From Gekko japonicus (lineage: Eukaryota), in contig NW_015167598.1 of NCBI RefSeq assembly GCF_001447785.1, forward strand, positions 1-64,000: a stretch of DNA of 64,000 bases. The letters run 5' to 3'. The notes under the pieces are model-generated. The model was not told the DNA's origin. It saw only the letters and a list, made by a program, of their open reading frames with translations, and made no database searches. A program made the translations under genes and the position numbers. This document shows, in pieces, positions 38,149 to 51,089 of the stretch. Position 1 is the stretch's first letter. Each line of letters opens with the position of its first letter.

Positions 38149-38802
38149 TCAGATGACATTACTTTCTTGCTCCTGTTTCTAAGCTGTCATCTTCTTTTCT
38201 TGTAGTTAAATCTTTGAAATAAATTCTTCAGGCCAGATCATCTAGGGAAGTGACTGGAACTTGAGTTATTTTGCACAGCATTACTAAAAGCCTGCCAGGT
38301 CCTTGACTGACAGTGGAAGGGCTGCGGGAAACTTGGGACATTGTGATTCCACAGTACAAGGTGAGCACTACTGGACCTTACACATTTGTGGTAGCTGCAA
38401 ATTCCTTAACCCTGAAGGTATAGCTCCATGCATCAGCCTTGCATGCATCTTTTACGGGTTTGATTCAGTGGTTAAAAATAAAGTACGTCTTGGACAGAAA
38501 ACTCTGACTGCCTTTTGCCCGGCTTAATTGAACTTCCCTTACAGTTTGGCCTTGCATTTCAAGTATCCCAGTCCTAAATATTTCTGCTGGTTATTTCCAT
38601 ATGCTGGGCTGTGTTGATGTTTTGGCACAGCAATCATTCGTACCTGGTAAGGACTTATTGGTTTTCTTTTTTTTCCCCTTCTGCTTTTCAGCCAAATATT
38701 GGCTCCCAAAGCACCTCACAGTAATTGTAATACATAACGCTCCTAGGGAAGGGGGCAGTCAACTGCAGATTGGTTCAGTCGCCAGGAAGAGATGCTTGGC
38801 TA

Positions 38803-39306
38803 GAAGAAGAGATTGGATTTATACCCTGTCAAGGTGTCTCAGAGTGGCTTACAAACTCCTTTCCCTTCCTTTCCCTTCCCCCCTTTCCCTTCCCCTCCCC
38901 ACAACAGACACCCTGTGAGCAATGTTCCCTCTAAGCTACGGAATCCTGTGAGCAAAAAGTTCTACTTTGTGAGCTACTGGCATTAAAGTAGTGAGCGAGC
39001 GATCTGGCTGCTGCACAGATTAGTTTGCTCTGGAGCCCTCCTTCCTGAGCTAAGAGAAAAATGTGTGAGCCGGAGGCTAAAAATCTGTGAGCTGGCTCAC
39101 GCTAACTCAGCTTAGAGGGAACACTGCCTGTGAGGCAGGTGGGGCTGAGAGAGCTCTTGACAGAAACTGCTCTTTTTCAAGGACAGCTCTTGTCAGAACT
39201 ACGGCTTGCCCAAGGTCATCCCGCCAGGTGCAAGTGGAGGAGTGGGGAACCAAACCCGGTTCTCCCAGATTAGAGTCCGCGCACTTAACCACGACACCAA
39301 ACTGGC
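38803..39306 (-). mobile_element. Squam3-like SINE with a nested hAT MITE
   Basis: Consensus match split at cctgtgag. Confidence 0.85.
38920..39126. mobile_element. hAT MITE
   Basis: TIR caatgttccctctaagct/agcttagagggaacactg and 8-bp TSD cctgtgag. Confidence 0.9.
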
Positions 39307-39877
39307 TACGGCATCCCCTTCCTCTTTTCGGTCACAGTGATAGCTGTTGGTAGCTGGGAAGAAGGAGTTCTGGGGCGGAAGTGGACTGAGAATGGATGGA
39401 GGGAATGCCTGGCTGTGGCGGCCTCGGTTGTAGAATCTGAGAAGGGGGGGATTCTCGGCTACAGCGGCATCCCTGCACGATGGACTATTACCTGGCTGCT
39501 GACTGGCATCCCACCATTGGCCTTAAGACACTGGCAATCAAAGGAGCAAAAAATCTGGGCGGGAAATGTGCCCGTGAAACAATGTTATTGGTTAAGCACT
39601 GGAATAAAGATTTCATTATGTTTCGTAATATGTCAAAAGCACTGAGTGTGAAAAATCATGGGTGACTATACACAGTGAGTGACAGTAGTCACACACAACT
39701 ACTCAGGCCCAACAACTTGATCCTGAATGGGGATGTTTATTCCCCATCAGTGCATGGTTCCAGCTGTTTTAATGGGTTCACATGAGCATCGCTGCACATG
39801 CGCCTCTGCTAGGTTAGAGAGAAGACAATTCCACTGTAGTGTATGCCTTCGCTCACTTCCTTCACTGTGGTGTAGTG

Positions 39878-40846
39878 AAGATAAATTCAGGTGGGTAGCT
39901 ATGTCGGTCTGAAGCAACAGAGCAAAGTTTGAGTCCAGTGGCACCTTTAAGACCAACAAAGTTTAGTTCAGGGTCTAAGCTTCCGTGCACATGCACACTT
40001 CGTCAGATACATCGAAACAGCTTTCCACAAGCTTTACATATAGATACACGGGAACAGTTTTTCTCAAGCCTTACACATAGGTAGGGGAGTGTTAGTTGCC
40101 AGGAAGGGCTAGTTAGAATCTTAATGACTGCTTTAATCCAATCTCAGGCTGCGGTCACACGGAACATTAGCCACGCAAGAGAGACGGAAGACAGGCGGAT
40201 TTTCCGGGCGCAATCTCACCGGCACATCTGGGAAGCGTAGCGTTTCCGTGGCACAACCGAGGCTTCCCAGCGAAAACGCGCAGCAAAAAACTAGTACCTC
40301 GGAGGTACTAGTTTCCGGAAACCGCGGGGCAAGCATTTCCGGTGGCATCCGGCGCCTGCCCATGTCCCCTTGCGAAAAAGGGTTTTTTTCTTCCCAAGTC
40401 TCCGTGGATGCGCACACGCACCCAACGGAGCATGTGCATTTGTCGAGTACACAAAAAAAGAAAACCAGTTTGCCGCACCGCACGCTTCTTCACTGCGCGC
40501 AGGCGTGTCCTGTGATCGGCACCTCTCCCTGCCCACGGAACCTCCACGGTACCTCCACGGGAGGTCTGATAGCTTAACCGCGCGTTAGTTTGCCCCGGGG
40601 CAAACAGCCACGCTCCCCCCCCCGCATTTTCCTGCCCATGTGACCGGAGCCTCAGTTATACTTATCACCCAGTTACTTATTCATCTTGACCCTAACTAGC
40701 TCTTCCTGGCAACTAACACTCCCCTACCTATGTGTAAGGCTTGAGGAAAACTGTTCCCGTGTATCTGATGAAGTGTGCATGCACAGGAAAGCTGATACCC
40801 AGAATTAAACTTTGTTGGTCTTGAAGGTGCCGCTGGACTCAGACTT
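39878..40846. mobile_element. Penelope-like element with long inverted arms and hammerhead motif
   Basis: ~39925-40120 is inverted at ~40690-40846; CTGATGA at 40765; flanking repeat tgtggtgtagtg/tgtggtgtggtg. Confidence 0.78.
40147..40651. mobile_element. PIF/Harbinger-like MITE
   Basis: TIR ggctgcggtcacacgg/ccatgtgaccggagcc and TSD TCA. Confidence 0.85.
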
Positions 40847-41162
40847 TGTGGTGTGGTGGTTAGAGTGCTGGATTAACTGTCAGAGACAGGTTCAAATCAT
40901 CACTCTGCTGTGGAAGCTCCATGGGAGCCACTTTTCGGTCACAGTGATAGCTGTTGGTAGCTGGGAAGAAGGAGTTCTGGGGTGGAAGTGGACTGAGAAT
41001 CAATGGCGGGAATGCCTGGCTGTGGTGGCAAAAAAAGAAAACCGGTTTGCCGCACCGCGTGTCCTGTGATCGGCACCTCTTTCTACCCACGGAACCTCCA
41101 CGGTACCTCCACGGGAGGTCTGATCGCTTAACCGCGCGTTAGTTTGCCCTGGGGCAAACAGC

Positions 41163-41578
41163 CACTGCTCAACCACTCTTACAGTTAGGAAGTTTCTCCT
41201 GATATTTAGCCGGTATCGACTCCCTTGTAATTTCCACCCAGTAGATCTAGTCTTGCAATCCGGAGCAAGAGAGAATAGATCTGCTCCATCTTCTACACAA
41301 CAGCCCTTCAGATATTTGAAGACTGCAATCGTGTCCCCTCTAAGCCTTCTCTTTCCCAGGCTAAACATACCCAGCTCTTTCAGCCTTTCCTCATAAGACT
41401 TGGATTCCAACCCTCTCACCATCCTGGTTGCCCTCTTCTGGACACACTCGAGCTTGTCAATATCCTTCCTAAAATGTGGTGCCCAAAACTGGACACAATA
41501 TTCCAGGTGAGGCTTGACCATAGCAGAATAGAGTGGAACTACCACCACCTCCCGTGATCTGGACACAATGCTTCTAAG
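41163..41578 (-). mobile_element. CR1 LINE ORF2 C-terminal fragment
   Basis: Encodes [57 protein letters not shown]. Confidence 0.95.
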
Positions 41579-43127
41579 ATTGCTTGTTAGGATATAAAGG
41601 AGAAGGGAAGAATATTATAAGACACTTTGGGTCCTCGTTGCGGAGAAAGATAGGGTATAAATGAAGTAAAACGACATTTTATTTACTGTTTCTCTCTTGA
41701 TCTTTGCTGATGAGTTAATCTTTGGTTTGCTCCGATGATCTACCGGCAGACTCAATGACATTTTTGATACCATGCTAATATAAAGCCACATGTGTTTGGT
41801 AGCTTTGAAAGGGCAGAGATCTTTTCTAAGTATATCAGAACACAATAGGCGCTGTGAACTATTAAAGCTTTAAAAGATTTCCCCCTATAACGTAAAAGAG
41901 AGCCTTTGAAACAGGCTTCTCAGATGTCAACACATGGTGGGTTGCCTCTCTACTCTGGCTCAAGCATGTGCTATTGTGTCAGAATATCTAATGTAACAGA
42001 TCTCTGGCAATGTGAGCGAGTTCAAGGAAGCAATTGATAACATAAGGCCTGAGCAACATAATTCTCTGCTTCCTGACTTCAAGAAGTTATTCCTCCAACT
42101 CTTGAAAATAATTGCACAAGCCACTAGAAATCTGCCCTTTCCCCATCACTAAAGAAAAAAAAAAAAGATGGATGTTCACATCTCATTGATCTCCAAGACA
42201 GCTCTTCTTTCATGATGAGCTTGAATGACTTTCACTCCTCAATCTCAAAACTCACCACTTTGCTGTCTCAAGATAGTGAATGTTGCTTCAATAGAACAAC
42301 ACAAATCTATTTCTTTTTTTGAATACAGGCCCTAATCATGGCTGGACAGCATTTTTATGTTTAAATCTTCATAGGCTCAGTTGAAGAGGCTGTGTACTCC
42401 GCTATGGCTTGTACCAGCTACGCTTGACTCTGGGGAAACAACATTCAGTGCTTTTTCCCTCTCCCTCTGAGCAATGTGTAGTAGGGTCTATCGTGGTCTT
42501 GGTTTGGGGTGTGTGGAAGGGATTAACCCCAAAATTTTGGCAGTATGTTTTCTCTTCTTGCTGAGGACTTCATCTGTACTGGCGCTGAAAAGTTGTGTGC
42601 CATGAAGTGGTAGGTCTTCGATCCTGGGACGTAGTTTATGAGGGAGCACAGTGGCCCTTAACCAGGAGTGGCGGTGTTGTGCAGTGACGGTGGTGGAGTT
42701 GTGAGCCATGCTGTCAGAGGAATGCTCTGCTGAAGAGATTTGATGGTTGCAGGATTTTGATGCTTCCATGGCTAGCAATTTTGCCAGCTTGTGTTCGTCT
42801 TTTGGTAGCATCTCCAGTTAGGACATGATGCCATCCCAAAGGAAGAATTGGTAGTGGGTCATTATATACCGGTAGTTGAAAGTCTTTAATCCAAGAGTGG
42901 AGGATGCATAGATTTTCCAGCCCTCTTTGTCAATTGGTGTGGAGTGCTGGGTGCCCTTTTTCTTCCTCTGGATGTGGTCAACAACTAGGAAGTTAGCACC
43001 GGGGTGCTGGAAAAGGAAGGAACATCATTCTTTCTTGGTTCTGTATTGAGTTTCAATATTCTGAGCAGAAGGTGCCACGTGTAACCAAAGTCTGTGGCTT
43101 CTAATAGGCCTTCTGTGACTGGGGGGA

Positions 43128-43425
43128 AGAAGAAGAGGAGGAGGAGGAGGAGACTGGATTTATACCCTGCCCCTCACTACCCAAAGGAGTCTCAAAGCAG
43201 CTTACAATCGCCTTTCCCTTCCTCTCCCCACAACAGACACCCTGTGAAGTAGGTGGGGCTGAGAGAGCTCTGAGAGAACTGCTTGTGAGAGAACAGCTCT
43301 GAAAGAACTTGTGACTGACCCAAGGTCACACCAGCAGCTGCATGTGGAGAAGTGGGGATGGGGAATCAAACCCACTTCTCCCAGATTAGAGTCTGTGCTC
43401 CTAACCACTACACTAAACTGGCTCT
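43128..43425 (-). mobile_element. Squam3-like SINE inserted in DIRS
   Basis: Consensus match. Confidence 0.85.
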
Positions 43426-44580
43426 CTGGTAGGTGACAGGTCCCATATTCCCTGGGTGCATTATCCAAAACACCAGTTCTGCAGTTTTAGGAGGAGTGCA
43501 GGACATGTCAGTTTCAAGGAACTGAACCATCCAGATCAACTGCTCATTGTATAAATGGAGGTCTTCACTCGGGGAATATATAGATGTTTTGGGCATTGCA
43601 TCCTCAGGTGTGGATTCAGAGGCATAGTCGAACTCTCTGTCCTCAAAAGTGGGCGGATCGTAGACAAAAGACACATCATTGAAGAGCTGGTGTTCCTCGC
43701 ATGTATCCTGTGCGACTTCTGGAGGGAAATGGCCTGTCTCTGCCTGGTTGGAACTGAAAGAAGCATATGGAACTCAGTCTCCATCATAATACCAACACTG
43801 TCCTTGGTATGCAATCAGAACAATGTTACATATAAATCCGTCAGATCAAACTGAGGCAGTGGATCCATAAAGTGAGAAGGGGGGTTGGGTTGATGGCAGG
43901 ATGGGGGTTCTGATTCTTGAACATCACCCTCCAACATGGAGCAGGACAAAAACGGGGAGCGACCCAATGGAGAGGGCATTCTCGGAACAGAGATTGTCTT
44001 TTTGACTGGTTCCAGAGACGGTTTGTGCAGAACTGCATCCTTGGATCCTGGATGGTGCCAAAGAATTTGGTAGCTTCTCTGGGTGCAGCTTCTCTGGCGA
44101 GGCTTTTTAGGTGGTGGTTCCAAGGAAATGCATTCAGGGGACATAGGAATGGGGCCTGTATCGTTTCCTGCTTTTTGTGTTGGACCTGGAGTGGTCAGGT
44201 TCAGTCCTGGAACTGTGAGAACCAAGCAAGTTCAAATCCATCTGCCAGCAACAAAAGGTGGCGTGAAGCTAGGATCTTTCTCACCAGCAGCACCAGACAA
44301 AGCCCTTTCCCAGAGTGCTGCTTTTAGGCAGGAAGCTCTATTGTCCCTAGCTTTCAGAGTGAACTGGCAACAAATACAGCAGTGTGAGGCATTATGCTCT
44401 TCTCCAAGGCCTGAGGCATTCGTCATGGTCGATGGTGTGGGGGATTCTGGACCCAGAGGACCTGCATTTTTCGAAGAGCATTTTTTGTGCCATATTCTGG
44501 GCACTCGGTAGTAAGGAGGCAGTAGATTGAGGTAGGTAGTGGTTGGCAGTAAAAAGCTATAGAAATAGAGCTTTGACAAG

Positions 44581-44896
44581 TATTATGAATTGAGATCGAG
44601 GCAGCTTCATAACAAATAATTTCTTTATTTCAGCTCACAACACAACACAACACACACGGAACAAGCTAACTTTATACATTTTGAACCAGGAAATCCACAC
44701 CTCCTGAGAGGATAACGTCCAATCAAAACATTGTGCTTGGGACCAATAAGAATTGCTCCCACCGAGAGTCAAGGTCTGTCTGGATTGGTCCGTTCGCAGC
44801 ATTGACCAATCCGGTTCCGCATTTCAGAATGCTAGGCTTCTATGGAGCTGTAACCCAAGCTCCCATCTACAACACAGTAAACTTGAATACATAACA
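44581..44896 (-). mobile_element. Solo LTR inserted in DIRS
   Basis: Perfect TSD acaag, termini tattatg..cataaca, TATAAA and AATAAA on the minus strand, CCAAT boxes. Confidence 0.82.
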
Positions 44897-45258
44897 ACAA
44901 GCGAAACTCTCTCAGTAGTGTTAGAGAGAGAACTGAAGTAAGGGTTGCTCATAAACCTGCCCTGGGTCTGTATTCGTTTACATGCATGTGGCGAGTTCAT
45001 GTGCATGTAAAGTGTGTTCCTCTTCTTTGTGCCACCACCCCAAGTTAAATCCAGCTTCCCACATTACCAGTGACTTGGGGAACACTAATAAAGCCTGCCT
45101 CTGAGCAAGTACAAAGGGCAGAATGTCCCAATTACTTTAGCTCTTCCCCTGTGCATGTGTGCGAGCGTGAATGTATGGCTAGGGTGTGTGAGGAGGAGTT
45201 TGAAACACAGTCTTCTCTGCTAAATAGGAAAATCTTATTGCTACAAGATTAAGCTAGA

Positions 45259-46519
45259 AATAAACAAAATTCTGTTCGCGGTGAATTAACCACAAAAGAA
45301 CACTCACCATGATGAGTAAAACCTTAATGTATTTTGCCAAAAGTTATACATGTATACAGTACATACATTACTTAAACAACTCTACTTTTCAGGTTTTTAC
45401 CTTGAGGATCTTACAACTACATAACTTATGTTCTAACCAAAATCTTTCTAACTGAAATCCTCAGTAGTAATAAATTGAACATCATATATATGGGATTTCT
45501 TTACAATCCAGTAGTCTAATACACTGTGGTTACACTCTATTAAATTATACACAGTCTTCTTGAGAATGAATTCTCACAAACAATAAATTCTGAGAAGTGA
45601 TACTTCAACATGCCTCAGTGTATTAGAATACTGGATTGTAAAGGTACCCCATATATACGGTGTTCAATTTATTACTATTGAGGATTTCAGTTAGAAAATA
45701 AGTTCTATAGCTGTAAGATCTTCAAGGTAAAAAACTGAAAAGTAGAATTGTTTAAGTAATGTATGTATTGTGACAGGCCTCTCCTGAGGCCTGCGGGTGG
45801 CCACCCGTGGCCCTGGCGTCTACCTGAGCGGCTGGAGGCAGGGGTGGGATGTCAAAGAGAGCTCTAACAGGACCTCAGATGAGCAGGGAACAGGGTTATC
45901 GTCACCCCTCAAGTCCCTCTGCCTCGTGAGCTGGAGACCACTCGTTCGTGTCCCTCTAGACCTCTCACGCAATCTCCTTCCCACGCTGTTCCTCCTTGGT
46001 CCTCTCCATGAGCCCTTCTTTTTATTCCCTCCATCCCCTGCCAGCGCCGCCCATCCTCCCCACCTCCCTTGTCCGGCCCCGGCCCCATTTATATGCCCGG
46101 ATGCTCCTCAAGGGTCCAGGGTGTGGTCCACGGTCGGCCGGCAGCGGTCCTCTTGACCGGAGGCCATGCTGCCAGCACCTGCCGCAGCCCATCTCCGGCT
46201 CGGCTTGGTGGGGACAAAGCTGCGCCTCTCCCGGGAGGGCCATCGCGCCGCTCACAGGACAGGCCTTGCCCTGCCGACGGAGAGCCTCTGGTCTGGGTCT
46301 TCGGGCTTCGCCCTGTCGTGCTGCGTCCTCCGCACGCACGGGGGGTGCCGACGGCTTTTCCCGGCTCCTCCACTGCTCAAGGGGTGTCGGGGTGTGGGTG
46401 CGCCTTCAGGGGTGGGAGGGTTTGTCCCGGGACCGGGGAACCGGGACATGTATTGTATACATGTATAACTTTTAGCAAAATACATTAAGGTTTTACTCAT
46501 CGTGGTGTTGTTCTTTTAC
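45259..46519. mobile_element. AT-rich foldback (Penelope-like) element
   Basis: 45293-45525 is inverted in 45617-45768 plus 46449-46517; 13-bp flanking repeat agattaagctaga (45246-45258, 46520-46532). Confidence 0.75.
45769..46448 (-). mobile_element. GC/CpG-rich solo LTR
   Basis: TGT...ACA ends, perfect TSD tgtat, TATAAA at ~46090 and AATAAA at ~46023 on the minus strand. Confidence 0.88.
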
Positions 46520-46711
46520 AGATTAAGCTAGATCACAAGGCAAGGGAAAATGATAATGCCTACCGGTTGTAAGGATCTAAGGAAAAGAACAAAAAACTAA
46601 GCTAAACTTAACAACATAGAAGGTTTACTTCTGATATCCCTCCTTGGATATCCGTGGAGCAAATGACAATCCTGATCTCCACCTGCTCCATGCAGGGGAA
46701 TCTGACTCCTA

Positions 46712-47025
46712 GCATCTGAACTAAGAGCTGCAGACCAGAAGGTCTGTAGTTCAGCAGTTTGAGACCCTAGCGCCATGTGAGGGAGTGAGCCCCTGTCTCT
46801 GGCCCCACCTCCTGCCAACCTAGTGGTTCAAAAGCAAGAAATTGCAAATAGGTATATTGCTTCAGTGGGAAGGTATCAGCATTCCGTGTGCCTCAGTCAT
46901 GCCGGCCACATGACCACGGAAACGTCTTCGGACAGTGCTGCCTCTTCGGCTTGGAAACGGAGATGAGCACCACCCCCTAGAGTTGGATTCAACTAGCTTT
47001 TGAGCAAGGGAAACCTTTACCTTTA
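46712..47025 (+). mobile_element. Sauria SINE
   Basis: Core motif plus (ACCTTT)n tail. Confidence 0.85.
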
Positions 47026-47075
47026 ACTGCAATTTACCAACTTGAATTCTATGTATTTTATGTTTGGTAAACTAT

Positions 47076-47332
47076 TTGTTGTTGTTCAGTCGCACAGTCG
47101 AGTCCGACTCTTTGCGACCCCATGGACCAGCTCCCTCCAGGCCTTCCGGTCTTCCGCCATCCTCTGAAGTTTGCTCAACTTCATGTTCGTTGCATCGATG
47201 ACACTGTCTAACCATCTCATCCTTTGCCGTCCCCGTCTTCTTTGACCTTCAATCTTTCCCAGCATCAGGGTCTTCTCCAGTGAGTGCTCCCTTCTCATTT
47301 GGTGGCCAAAGTATTTGAGCTTCAGTTTCATT
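47076..47332 (-). mobile_element. BovB/RTE 3' fragment
   Basis: Encodes MKLKLKYFGHQMRREHSLEKTLMLGKIEG; (CAA)n tail. Confidence 0.92.
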
Positions 47333-48056
47333 AGGGAGGTAAAAATTTTACTGATTGTTTAGATATATTTTAAAGTGTATACCGAGTTTTGCTGACTGAA
47401 TAACTATGCATTTTTTATTGATTTATCTATTAAATTTTTAAACATACATAATTGCTCTGTAATATATAGCTGGCACAATGTTTGTTTTTTATAGTGTTTG
47501 TGCCTGGCTGTTGTTCGATTTTTGTAATTCTGAATCGTTACTAAACAAGTGATGGCCTTTGGCTAATAAATAAACACATAAACCTATCAACCTTTCAACC
47601 CATCCTGCCTTTGTTGAGGGGAAGTCAGCAACTCAATCCAGATTTAGGGAGCTTGCTCCCACATGGCAAGGGGAACCCCAATCTCCCAATCAAACAAAAA
47701 TTTATGTCCCACACGTCTCAATACCCAGATCATATTGTACAGCAGCTATCCATCTTGCCCTTTTTGACAGGTAGAGCTAACGGCTAGAATGGCTAATGGC
47801 TATATCTTTGTGGAAATGCATCTCTGCTCTTGCTCACTTCTTGGTGTATTTTGTGGCTCTCTTCCCTGGGAAAGTAAGTGGCTGTCAAGGTCCCAAGGAA
47901 CCCCTGGGGAGCTCCAAAGCACCATACATCTTTGGATCACAACAGGGCATTCTGCCCTTTCTATATCATGCTGTGAAAGGAGGGAAAACAGAGTGAGAGA
48001 GGGGGTCAGAGTGCCAGTAGGCCTCCCTGTGGCAGGCCTGCACGCACAGTTCCCAT

Positions 48057-48330
48057 GTTTTATTTATTTATTTATTTAATTAATTAATTAATTTCATTTA
48101 TACCCCGCCCTCCCCGCATGCGGGCTCAGGGCGGCTTGCACAGGCACAACAGTGCAATAAAATATAAACAATTTAGGCACCCAAAGTGCAATAAAATTAC
48201 ACAGTTAGCCACTTAAAACACAATTCAATCTTACAGGATGCATCGGTAGTTAAAATACTCACTCATTATTAAATATCACAGTGAGGTCAAAAGAAAGGGG
48301 GGGGGGGGCCATAGGCCGAGATGTCCCAGT
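48057..48330 (-). mobile_element. L2 3' end
   Basis: (TTTA)n followed by ataccccgccctccccgc..ggctcagggcggctt. Confidence 0.65.
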
Positions 48331-49179
48331 TGGCGCCAGTTGTCCGTGATGTCCCATGTGTGACTGCACAGGTACCACGACGATGAACAAAGATGGACAA
48401 GATACTGGGAGAAGCCTCAGAATCAGCCTTACAGCAAATCCTGGGGACTAGCAAGGTTTATATTTCCAGAGTTTTATCCAAGAGGGAAAGTCCCAAAGGG
48501 AACAGGTACAAGATGTAGGCACATCCTCAACATACGCATCCCCCTTGCACAGCTCTCCTTGGGGACACTATGGAAATGTACCATGATCATGAGTTCACAT
48601 CAATGCTTGTTTTTTTAGTGCCATGCTAAGCAGCTACACCTTCCTAAGTGCGTTGACGTCCATGGACTCAGAAGGGTGTGACCGTGCTCAGGATGGCGAT
48701 GGCACTGCTAATTAGATGTACAAGATCAAAGCCCACCTTGTTTCTCTTTTGTATTTTCTGTGCTGGGCTTCCTATATAGATGGTGGTGACACAAGGGAAA
48801 ACGTTGGAACATCCACAGAAAAGAGAAGGGGGAAGGGCTACACTGATGTGAATCAAACAGACCTTCACATTTGACCTTTCTGTGCAAAGCAAACCTTGTA
48901 TTACAAAATAAAGCTAAGCATGCCGCCTAATCGACACACTTCAAGGCAGCCCCCTTTGCTTTCCTTGAGTGACCTTTAGGAATGCCATGCCTTTTTTAAT
49001 TCGGGAGTTTCAGCAGTTTCTGGGAGGGTTGGCATAGTATTGTACAAGCCACAAACTATACGCCATTCCTTACTGTACAAAGGCTGCCATCTTTCCCAGG
49101 TAGACCCCACGTAGTACAGCCTACAGAGTTAGCCCTTCTGTTATCCAAATATCTGATGGACGTCCAAAGCAAGAATATA

Positions 49180-49373
49180 AAAGGGTAAAGGTTTCCCTTG
49201 CTTGAAAGTCAGTCGAATCCGACTCTAGGGGGCAGCGCTCATCTCCATTTCCAAGCCGAAGAGCCAGCACTGTCCGAAAACTTCTCCGTGGTCATGTGGC
49301 CGGCATGACTAAGTGCCGAGGCGCACGGAATGCTGTTACCTTCCCACCGAAGCAGTACCTATTTATCTACTTG
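49180..49373 (-). mobile_element. Sauria SINE, 5'-truncated
   Basis: Consensus match. Confidence 0.85.
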
Positions 49374-51089
49374 TAGTGGGTCAGACTGTTGGACTATGAT
49401 CTAGGAGACCCAGGTTCAAATGCCCACTCTGCTGTGGAAGCTTGCTGGGTGACCTTGAGCCAGTGACACTCAGCCAAAGCTACACCGCAGGGGTTTTTTT
49501 TTGTGGGGATAAAATAAAGAAGGGGAGAATGTTGTAAGCCACTTTGGGTCCCAACTATGGAGAAAAGTAGGGGTATAAGTGAATAAAATAGAAATGAATC
49601 ATTCCATATTTTAGTTGCTTTCACATATTTAATGTTCCCTGGAAGTACAATTCTAGCACATCGGGGGAGCTGTATCTCAGTTGTAGAGCATCTACTTTGC
49701 ATGCGGTTTCCAGTTTCAGTCCCCAGATCAGGCGGCAGGTGATGCACTGGTAGTGATTTTGCAGGTCTGGAGTTGACTGTTCCCGTCTCGCATGGTAAAA
49801 AGGAATACGTCCGTTCTTTAGAGGCAAAGTAATGAAGTTAAGTTCTGAAGGAATGGCATTCACACAGCATGGAGTTGCAACATTTCTCCCTTAACATTGC
49901 ATAGTATCTTTCTTCAAGTCTCTGCCCGGCACCAGTGTTTTCACTGGCAAAACAAAGTTAGATGCATGTAAGTGGTTGTACAAACCCAACATGACCTGCT
50001 AACAGGCAGACTATGCAAAAAACACTTGTAGGCGACCACCCTCCTTGGCTCCACCTTATACCTGTGTGTCAGAAGTTATGGACTGAGTTGTGAATCTTTC
50101 ATTGGACCATTTTGCCAGCGTATAAATCAAAAGCTGCTTTAATAAATACTTTTTTAGTGCTTCCATATTGTCATGGTTTCATAATTTAATTTGGGTACAA
50201 AATTCACAATCTCCAACACTGAACGACGTGTACACGAGTCTCATGTAATTGGTAGTCTTGACAATGGCATCGTTTGTCTGAAAGGTTTTTTGAAAGTGAA
50301 TGAAATTGCAACTTTATTTTCCAAGAAGGTGAGAGAAAACTGGACCTGAGTGAAAGATTTCCCTGCACGCCTTCTGCCAGCCCCCCAAGTCTGCCATTAC
50401 TATAGTCCGCAACAGAAGTGTGGTCCCATATCCCCTTTATAACAACTCTCATGGTGTGCAGTGTACTAAAGTCTTCCTCCCCAGAGAACTGAATGGTGAC
50501 GATGCTGTCTGGCCATCTTAGGAGGAAAGCATAAAAGGGACAAATATTTCCTACTGGCTTAAATCAGTGTATGAAATAATGCCTTTTAGGCTAAGATGTT
50601 GACCCAAAAAAGGAAAAGCTCTTTAGAATCTACAGAGGAAATGTCAAATAATAAGCAGTTCAAACTTTTTTTGCTGCAATGTGGTTTTAACTTATGAACC
50701 ATTTAAAAATAGGAAAAAATATTTGCTTATCTCTTGTCTGCATTTCTAAGTTAACAAAACATGGCTTTATGCTTCTATTTGACAGCGTAAATGAAGTAAT
50801 ATGAACTAATGCTTCTTAATCATTTTTGAAAACATAAATAAGCTTTCTTGTAACCTGCAGGTGTTAATAAATAAAAAAGTCTGATTGTACTAAGACGTAA
50901 AAACTAACTAAATAAAGAAGTCTGCTTTTACAGATTTACTAAGAATATAATGCTCAACAGGTTTCTTTTAAAGAAAATTACATGCCTTACAAAATTTTGA
51001 AAAGATTAACTTGTACTCTATGAATGTAAAAAAACACACCCAAAAACACAATAATTGAAAGCAGGGAAAAAATAAGTTAATGAATTTTA

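Larger units (their letters stand above)
42380..45065 (-). mobile_element. Decayed DIRS retrotransposon 5' part (ORF1, LAP2alpha-like gag)
   Basis: N-terminal Cys/His knuckle GLGEEH.ASHCCICCQFTLKARDNRASCLKAALWERAL and C-terminal RHSWLRAT..RIEDLP..GTQLFS.STDE, both typical of vertebrate DIRS ORF1. Frameshifted. Confidence 0.85.

Noticed and set aside
45797-46500. Cluster of overlapping ORFs
   Set aside because: Caused by stop-codon scarcity in a GC-rich LTR.
49663-49730. tRNA gene
   Set aside because: A degenerate tRNA-derived SINE head with no complete cloverleaf.
50300-50516. Alternative HIVEP1 terminal exon (pyrimidine tract plus AAG, then AATAAA at ~50315)
   Set aside because: The acceptor is non-YAG, it would add only ~16 unremarkable residues, and there is no transcript evidence.
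1-51000. EDN1, the usual downstream neighbour of HIVEP1
   Set aside because: I recognised no CSCSS..DKECVYFCHLDIIW-coding exon; it probably lies outside the window.
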